From Eledone cirrhosa (Eukaryota), in the NCBI GenBank assembly GCA_964016885.1, contig OZ024761.1:29760001-29824000 (forward strand): a stretch of DNA of 64,000 bases, given 5' to 3'. Below the pieces are notes generated by a model, which was given only the letters and a program-made list of their open reading frames with translations, did not search any database and was not told where the DNA came from. A program made the position numbers and the translations under genes. Below are positions 56,346 to 64,000 of this stretch, in pieces. How positions within the stretch are numbered: the first letter of the stretch is position 1; every line of letters begins with the position of its first letter.

Positions 56346-56558
56346 CTTCTTCTCCCTCAAAATGCCAATGTATCATCCCGTGACAAAGATGGACTATCCC
56401 CGAGTATGTGGGCATGTCGATTGGACCATATTGACCACTTTGAGCTGCTGTGTAAGGCCAACCAATGGCAGAACGAGGAAGAATTTGAAACTGATGACAG
56501 TGGACGTACATGGCTCCATTGGGCAGTCAGAAGAACGGACCCTCTTGAATGTTTACAG
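56346..56558 (+). CDS. Ankyrin-repeat gene exon (LLLPQNANVSSRDKDGLSPSMWAC...GRTWLHWAVRRTDPLECLQ)
   Basis: Acceptor tgttacAG, donor CAG|GTAAGG; 213 bp, phase 0-0; ankyrin motifs. Confidence 0.92.
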
Positions 56559-56609
56559 GTAAGGGGAACTATCATCTCTGTCCCCTCTCAAGTCACACCC
56601 ACTCCACCT

Positions 56610-57385
56610 TAACCCTCTCCCGCTCATCTCTCAAGCTCCACCCACTCCATCAACCCAAGCCACACCACTTCACCTCAACCCTCTCCCATTCATCTCTCAA
56701 GCTCCACCCACTCCACCAACCCAAGCCACACCACTTCACCTCAACCCTCTCCCATTCACCACACAAGCTCCACCCACTCCACCAACCCAAGCCACACCAC
56801 TTCACCTCAACCCTCTCCCATTCACCACACAAGCTCCACCCACTCCACCAACCCAAGCCACACCACTTCACCTCAACCCTCTCCCATTCACCACACAAGC
56901 TCCACCCACTCCACCAACCCAAGCCACACCACTTCACCTCAACCCTCTCCCATTCATCTCTCAAGCTCCACCCACTCCACCAACCCAAGCCACACCACTT
57001 CACCTCAACCCTCTCCCATTCATCTCTCAAGCTCCACCCACTCCACCAACCCAAGCCACACCACTTCACCTCAACCCTCTCCCATTCACCACACAAGCTC
57101 CACCCACTCCACCAACCCAAGCCACACCACTTCACCTCAACCCTCTCCCATTCACCACACAAGCTCCACCCACTCCACCAACCCAAGCCACACCACTTCA
57201 CCTCAACCCTCTCCCATTCATCTCTCAAGCTCCACCCACTCCACCAACCCAAGCCACACCACTTCACCTCAACCCTCTCCCATTCACCACACAAGCTCCA
57301 CCCACTCCACCAACCCAAGCCACACCACTTCACCTCAACCCTCTCCCATTCACCACACAAGCTCCACCCATTCCACTAACCCAAG
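56610..57385. repeat. 66-bp minisatellite, about 11 copies, filling most of an ankyrin-gene intron
   Basis: Unit tcaaccctctcccattca(ccacac/tctctc)aagctccacccactccaccaacccaagccacaccacttcacc. Confidence 0.95.
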
Positions 57386-57567
57386 CTCCACTCCACAACC
57401 CCTTCCCACTCTGCTTCTCAAGCCTCACCTACTTACTGAGTTAGCTGTGATATGATCACAGCTTAAAACATTCATAGTGAGGCATATTTATATACATATA
57501 CACATTATGTATTTGTATAGGTAATGATTTGTATTAATTATGTGTTTTAATCCAATCTCTATTTCAG

Positions 57568-57643
57568 ACTTTACTGACCAAGGACTCTGCAACGCTAAGA
57601 GATAAAGAGGGGAAAACTGTCATTTTAGTAGCAGCTGAATTAG
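57568..57643 (+). CDS. Ankyrin-repeat gene exon (TLLTKDSATLRDKEGKTVILVAAELG)
   Basis: Acceptor ctctatttcAG, donor TAG|GTAGTA; 76 bp, phase 0 to 1; RDKEGKTVILVAA ankyrin motif. Confidence 0.88.
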
Positions 57644-58299
57644 GTAGTAATCTTATCTTTACTAATAACTACTACATTAGAACATGTACTAATAGACTAG
57701 AATAGTGGCACTCCATCAGTTATGATGACGAGTATTTCTGTTGATACAATCAACGGAACAGCATGCTCATAATAATAATGATGAAATTATTGTGTACAGT
57801 GCTCAGGTGCACTACAACTCATCAAAGGTGCATGTACAGTACATAGAATAATGTACAAATGTCACGAAAGTGAACAGTTTATGAGTAATGATATACATAT
57901 GTGCGTGTGTATGGAGGGGGAATATCAGGTGTAGTGTTGGCGAATTTCAGGAAGCATGGAAGTTTTAAAGGATGCAGTGTCCCGACAGCTAACAACTGAT
58001 GCAGGTAGTTTGTTCCATAATTAACATGCAAGTGGCTGAGCATTCCACAAACATGCATACCTTTGTGTGCATGTTGACTGAGTACCTTAAATGTAGTTCT
58101 CAGGGAGGTTCAGTGAGACACAGAATGTGACAAGGCTGGTTCTTCGAATTACATGTACAACTCATTTTTGCCAGCTCTTTGGACTGGAACAATGTGAAAT
58201 AAAGTTTCTTGCTGAAGGATACAATGCACCGCTAGGAATCTAACTCACGACTTTACGATTGAGAGCCAAATGCTCTAACTATAAAGCCACGTGCCTTCA

Positions 58300-59205
58300 T
58301 ATACGTACTCTTCCAAGTAACAATTCAACCAATCTTGCTATATGGAAGTGAAACATGGACGTTTTCATCCAAATAACAAAACCGCCTTGATGACACTTAC
58401 ACTCGCCTGCTTCAACGCATTCAGAACATAAGCTGGCGACATCTGACTTTGAGAGAGATATATGCTGGCCTCCCACGCATATCTGTCGTTGTATGTAAAA
58501 GGAGAGTAAGATTTGCTGGCCACTGCCATCGTGCCACTTATGAGGCTGTGTCCCCATTAGTACTTTGGAAACCACAAGCAGTCACTAATAAGAGGGGGTG
58601 CAAGCTCTCCTATCCCGATTTGCTGGCCACTGCCATCGTGCCACCTATGAGGCTGTGTCCCCATTCGTGCTTTGGAAACCACAAGTAGTCACTAATAACA
58701 GGGGGGCGCAAGCTCTCCTATCCCGATTTGCTGGCCACTGCCATCGTGCCACCTATGAGGCTGTGTCCCCATTAGTGCTTTGGAAATCACAAGTAGTCAC
58801 TAATAACGGGGGGGGGGGGGGGGGGGCGCAAGCTCTCCTATCCCGATTTGCTGGCCACTGCCATCGTGCCACCTATGAGGCTGTGTCCCCATTAGTGCTT
58901 TGGAAATCACAAGTAGTCACTAATAACGGGGGGGGGGGGGGGGGGCGCAGGCTCTCCTATCCTGATTTGCTGGCCACTGCCATCGTGCCACCTATGAGGC
59001 TTTCACCCCATTAGTGCTTTGGAAACCACAAGTAGCCACTAATAACAGGGGAACGCAAGCTCTCCTATTCCGATGTCATCTCCAGAGATTCTGGTATGGA
59101 AATCCAGGACTTGGCAACAGCAATGAACGACAGACCCATGTGAAGATCCATTGTTGAGTCCATTTCAGCTGAGGGCGCCGGATGATGATGATGATGATGA
59201 TGATA
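58300..59205 (+). mobile_element. RTE/RTE-X-like LINE 3' end with internal tandem duplication (about 110-120-bp units)
   Basis: LLYGSETW, RRVRFAGHCHR repeated about 5 times, (GAT)n tail. Confidence 0.8.
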
Positions 59206-59303
59206 TGTACTGATTAATAGCTAGTACATTATTACATGTTCTAATTAATAACTAGTACATTTGTTTTGTTTTTCTTTTATATTTTTTTGTTTGATTTATT
59301 TAG

Positions 59304-59447
59304 GTTCTTACCCAGCCTGTAAATTGATTGTTGAACTTGCGGGGGAGAGTGTTGTCCATGACCAAGATAACTGTAAAAGGACAGCACTACATTTGGCCAC
59401 CTTGGGTGGACATGGCAAGGTTCTCAATTTCCTTCTAGAAAATGGAG
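59304..59447 (+). CDS. Ankyrin-repeat gene exon (GSYPACKLIVELAG...RTALHLATLGGHGKVLNFLLENG)
   Basis: Acceptor tttgatttatttAG, donor GAG|GTGAGT; 144 bp, phase 1-1; canonical TALHLA...GH..V..LL..G. Confidence 0.93.
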
Positions 59448-59680
59448 GTGAGTGAAATAGCAAGTTCAGCCAATACGTCAGTCCAGGGACCACGGAGCTG
59501 TGCGTATGTGTGCTTTTCCTGTGTGTGTGTGTGTCTGTGTCATTGTGTGTTGGGACCAGTGTGACCATGTGTGCTTGTGTGTGTGTGTATGAGTGTGTGT
59601 GTATGCATGTGCACCTGTACCAGTGTATGTGTGCAGTGTGTGCACCTGTGTGTGTGTGCTTGTGTACTTGTATGTATGTA

Positions 59681-60964
59681 CGAGGGGGGGAATCAAAAAG
59701 TTTGCGGAATTTTATTGTAGCAAGAAAAAAATCAGGTTAAAACAATATTAAACATGTCAGAACATTGTCACTGGGTGTTTACCTTGCTATTAGTCACTTG
59801 CAGTCACTGCATGGACTATTGTACAGTACTGACACTCTTTAAAAAAACTCTTTTTGGAACAATGGAAAATAGTTATTTTGAGATAAGATCGAATATCAAG
59901 TTTCTGGTGAAACTCAAATGGAAAGGGACACAGATTATGGATGCTTTAGTTAAAGTTTACGGTACTACTGCTCCAAAGAAAACTGCTGTCTACAAATGGA
60001 TTCAGTGATTCAAACAAGGGAGAGACGACCTTGAAGACGACCATCGCAGTGGAAGACCAGGAACATCAAAAAATGACCAAAACATTGAGGCTGCTCAGAC
60101 TTTAATTGAAGAAGATCGAAGAATAACAGTTAATCAGTTAGCTAAGTCCCTAGACATTTCATATGGTTCGGCAAATTCAATTCTGCACGACAATTTGGGA
60201 CTAAGCAAGCTTTCAGCGCGATGGATCCCAAAAGCGTTGCGCCCTGATAAGCTGATTCTTCCAAGTGATCTGTCTTTGGCGATATTAAACAAAATTGAAA
60301 TTGATGAAGAGCATTTCCTAACCAGAATCATCACCGGAGATGAAACCTGGATTTACCAGTATGATCCTGAATCCAAACAGCAGTCAAAACAGTGGCTTCC
60401 ACGTGGATCATTGGGGCCAATCAAGTTCAAATCTCAAAAGTCGGATCAAAAAGTGATGGGATTCAGATGGGGTGATACTAATAGATTATCTTGAAGGTCA
60501 AAGAACTGTGACAGGAGCTTACTATGCAAATGTTTTAAGGAAGCTGAAAGAGGCATTAGTCAAGAAACAAAAAGGGAAACTTCATGGTGGGATCTTGTTT
60601 CACCATGACAATGCACCAGCGCATTCTGCGCGGGTTGCAAAAGAAGTTCTTCGAGAATTTCGATGGGAAGTGCTTCCTCACCTGTTTTATAGTCCAGATT
60701 TAGCCCCATCAGACTTTTTCCTCTTTCCAAAACTCAAAGAAATGCTAAAAGGAACCCATTTTAGTGGTGTTGAAGAAGCTAAAAACACTTTGAACAAGGC
60801 CTTCAACTTTCTTTAGAGATCGCTTACGAAGCTGGAAGCATCGCCTTGTGAAGTGTATTGACCTGGATGGCAACTATGTAGAAAAATAAATTGAAGGTAA
60901 ATCATATTTTTTGAAAAATAGATTATTTTCTGAAAAATTCTGCGAACTTTTTGATCCCCCCTCG
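59681..60964 (+). mobile_element. Near-full-length mariner (DD34D, irritans/Hsmar2-like), inactive
   Basis: TA TSDs; TIRs CGAGGGGGG.ATCAAAAAGTT; transposase ATG 59862 to TAA 60889 with WIPKAL, TGDETW, HHDNAPAH, YSPDLAPSDFFLF; premature TGA at 60006 and frameshifts or deletions. Confidence 0.95.
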
Positions 60965-61168
60965 TATGTGTGTATGCATGTGTACCTATGCCAGTATGTA
61001 TGTATGTATCATCATCATCATTTAACGTGATGATGATACATTCTTACATACATATGTAAATATATGTATGTATGCATATATATGTATGTATGTACATGTC
61101 TGAGTGTATGTTTAAATAAATCATTTAAAATGTCACAAAGATCTTTAATACTTGGTGGTTGTTTCTAA

Positions 61169-61392
61169 TTAAACCTTTAGTATTTACATTTCTTTTTAAT
61201 TTACTATTATAATTTCACAGTAAAGGCGTTACTTCACATAATTATCTCATAAAATCGAATCTATGACATTTTGATATTATTTTGAGAACAATACCTTAAC
61301 ATCAGTACGAACGGCCGATTACAACCAGTTTGAATAGAATGAGGTGAGAGAATTATGGCCGAATACGGTCAATTTAAATGCTAAAGGGTTAA
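61169..61392. mobile_element. piggyBac-type TTAA MITE
   Basis: Same internal sequence; ends AAATGCTAAAGGG-TTAA. Confidence 0.75.
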
Positions 61393-61487
61393 ACCCTTGA
61401 AATTTGCATCACTTTCCACAGGGTTAGCTAGCTAGTGAAGGAAGAATCAAATCCTGAAAATTTGTTCTGTATTTTTCTTTATTGCAG

Positions 61488-61917
61488 CCAACATTGATGT
61501 CCGTGACCAGTTCCAAGCAACCGCATGGGATTATACTAATAACAAACAGCTACACTACTGCCAGTTAATTATTAAATCTCATATGTGTCAGTCACTGCAG
61601 GGCAGCTTCAGAGCGACTGGTACTAATGAACTGTGGCAGAAGAATCCGGCCGGTTGTCTTGATGACCACTTAATGGTTGTCAACATCACAAGCACAGACT
61701 ATAATAATGGCAACAATAACGACAACAACAGCAGCAGCAGCAGCAACCACAATAACAACAACAACAACAACAACAACATTATCCCTAACTTCACTGCTAG
61801 CAATGGTGTCACTACTAATAATACTTCAACCAATGTCGTCAGAGGTTTTAAAACTGATCATGGCACCATGATGGTATGTGACTCTAAGAGAAGCAGAGAA
61901 TACAGCTGTGGTGGTGG

Positions 61918-61948
<31 letters not shown>

Positions 61949-62131
61949 GACAACCACAACAACAACAGCAATATTAACATGAACATTTGCAACTATAATA
62001 ACCATGTTAATATCAACAGAAACAACAATAGCAACAACAACAACTACAACAATAATAATATTAAAAGAGGCAGAAAAATCAGAAGACCGGACCCTTTTCA
62101 ACAACAGACCAGAGAAAACAATATACCAAAG
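61488..62131 (+). CDS. Ankyrin-repeat gene exon: end of the ankyrin stack (ANIDVRDQFQATAWDY) followed by a low-complexity Asn/Ser/Asp-rich region
   Basis: Acceptor ttctttattgcAG, donor AAG|GTGAGA at 62132; 644 bp open in the frame continuing from the previous exon (LLENG-ANIDVRD). Architecture recalls inversin/ANKRD55-like proteins, but orthology is not established. Confidence 0.85.
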
Positions 62132-64000
62132 GTGAGACCCTAAATATTCTACATTTACTACTTGTTGACACACTATAGTTGAATAATTAATAAAGTTGCT
62201 TTACGATCATTAGGTCCAAGGCTCAATCCTTCTGAGAGACATCTTGAGCAAGTTAAACTGTGGAGGCAGAAGCTGTTTGGAAGCCTGTCAAATGGACTGT
62301 ATCTGCCATGCTGAATCTCCCTGAGAATTATGTTAACTGTCATGCTAGGGGCCGTAAAATGGACATTAAATGATGATGATGAGGATGATGATACACGTCT
62401 GTGGAATATAATACAACTTGGTCTTTATCTGTAATTCAAAGGGCCAGTCTTGTCACATACTATGTCATGCTGAATCTCCCTGAGAATTACTTTAAAGGTA
62501 CACGTGTCTATAGAATGCTCAGTCATTTATACTGAAGTACAAGATGGCCTGTACGTGTAATTCAAATGGCCAGCCTTGTCACAAATCATGTCACACTGAA
62601 TCTCCCTGAGAATTATGTTAACAGTACACATGTCTGTAGAATGCTCAGCCACTTACAAGTTCATTTTATAAACAAGTTGTTCCATTGATCAAACAACTAG
62701 GGCACTCATCGTCGAAAGTGACTGGGGACCATTTCACACTACTTGAGTCCACCCTTTCAATATGACAAACCACCTGAGATTGGCTCTGGTTCTCTAATAC
62801 AAAGTTCTTTGTTTTATGGTGTTTATCTACATATCTCAAACAGAGAATGTCTCTGTCTGACTCCCTAAAACTCGAGAACCAACCAACCGATTTTTTTCAA
62901 ACTTTACACATGTAATACTTATGGTCGTGTGAGTGTTTTGAGCAAAAAATATTTCAAATTTTCAATGCCCTAGGGACCGCATTAGGCGCCGGTTAGCGAT
63001 CTCTCTGTCTTTCTTAGTCTGTCCTTTTAAATAGATACATAGCTATAACGTTGCGCCCTTATAATATCTGTCTGTATGTCTGGCTGTCTGCATCAAGACA
63101 TTATGACAAATATTGTTCTCATTGCTGACGTATTATCTTCGCTATTTTCCGTTCATTGCCAGGGAACGTCTTCATGAACCAAAGTATCGTCTTCCTGTTT
63201 TCCTTCGATTGCAACGTTTTTCGAAATATTTACTTCTGCGTTCACAGATTGATTTTTTTTTAGTTTCAGAAGATCCTGTTAAGGGTGAAAGCAGTGATTC
63301 TTTGCTTAAACTTAATCTGTTATTTTAATATATATTTTGGAAGAGTCATGTTTTTCACACGGGCAACTATACGTTGGCTGCTCGAGAGTGGGAAGCAAGA
63401 CAAATGTCTTTGCATAAGCCCGACACAGAAGAACAAGGAACATTGTGTACAAGGAGGTGCTACAATCATTTTTTAGGTAGATGAGGCAGAAGGGGATATA
63501 CACGATTGGCTGAACGAGGACGAGACTGTTAATAGTACAACCAACAGCTGCTATTACACCAACAGCAGCAAAAACAACAACAAAAAAGAGAGGGAACGCA
63601 ATTACATGCTTTTGAAAAATCGTAATGGAAAACTATTTGCTTATTCACCCAAGGCGACTTCACTTTTTATTTGGACTTCTGCATCAATTGGTGAACATAC
63701 GATGAAACATTGAAAGGAGTAAGACAACATCACTCTCCACCACTGCAGTCCCACATGCTTACTGCTCTGTAACTATTGCTTTCATTGTACCATAGAACAA
63801 CAAATATATGTTCGGTTTGTCGAATGCCTTTTTACTTAACCCTATCGTCTTGGCTTTCGTGGGTTGAACATTTTACTCTCAGGCCCCCAATTAAGTTAAA
63901 CCCTTAGTAATCTACGATGAATTTTTTTTATAAGCACAAAATGTGGACACCATCCCCAGGCCGAGGTATTCCATACTTCTCTGTACTGTTTCAATCTATG

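Noticed and set aside
56549-57379. 276-aa and 236-aa repetitive ORFs
   Set aside because: Products of a 66-bp minisatellite inside an intron whose flanking exons splice in frame without it.
63263-63476. Possible further exon after tttttttAG
   Set aside because: The sequence matches a dispersed repeat also seen at about 19895-19955, so it is probably TE-derived.

Overview
AT-rich, microsatellite-dense eukaryotic genomic DNA. The repeat landscape (tRNA-headed SINEs, RTE/CR1/CRE LINEs, MITEs) suggests a mollusc, probably an octopus; this is inference. One large + strand gene crosses the window: six GT-AG exons (14453-14581, 55340-55494, 56346-56558, 57568-57643, 59304-59447, 61488-62131) splice in frame into an ankyrin-repeat protein with an Asn/Asp-rich tail, and one intron is about 40.8 kb. 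That intron holds a non-repetitive 230-codon antisense ORF (38382-39074), a candidate nested orphan gene. A truncated duplicate of the first visible exon lies at 12941-13023. The most striking non-coding signal is a set of about ten type I hammerhead-ribozyme motifs (CTGATGA...GAAA...GTH) from several sequence families. Many sit in inverted-repeat or palindromic Penelope-like inserts in (TA)n tracts. One is a perfect 121-bp palindrome encoding a hammerhead on both strands, and one has its stem II split by a SINE. The window also has a near-full-length irritans/Hsmar2-like mariner, a maT-like relic, hAT and piggyBac-type MITEs, and many TE-seeded minisatellites. All coordinates were read by eye; no searches or folding programs were run.
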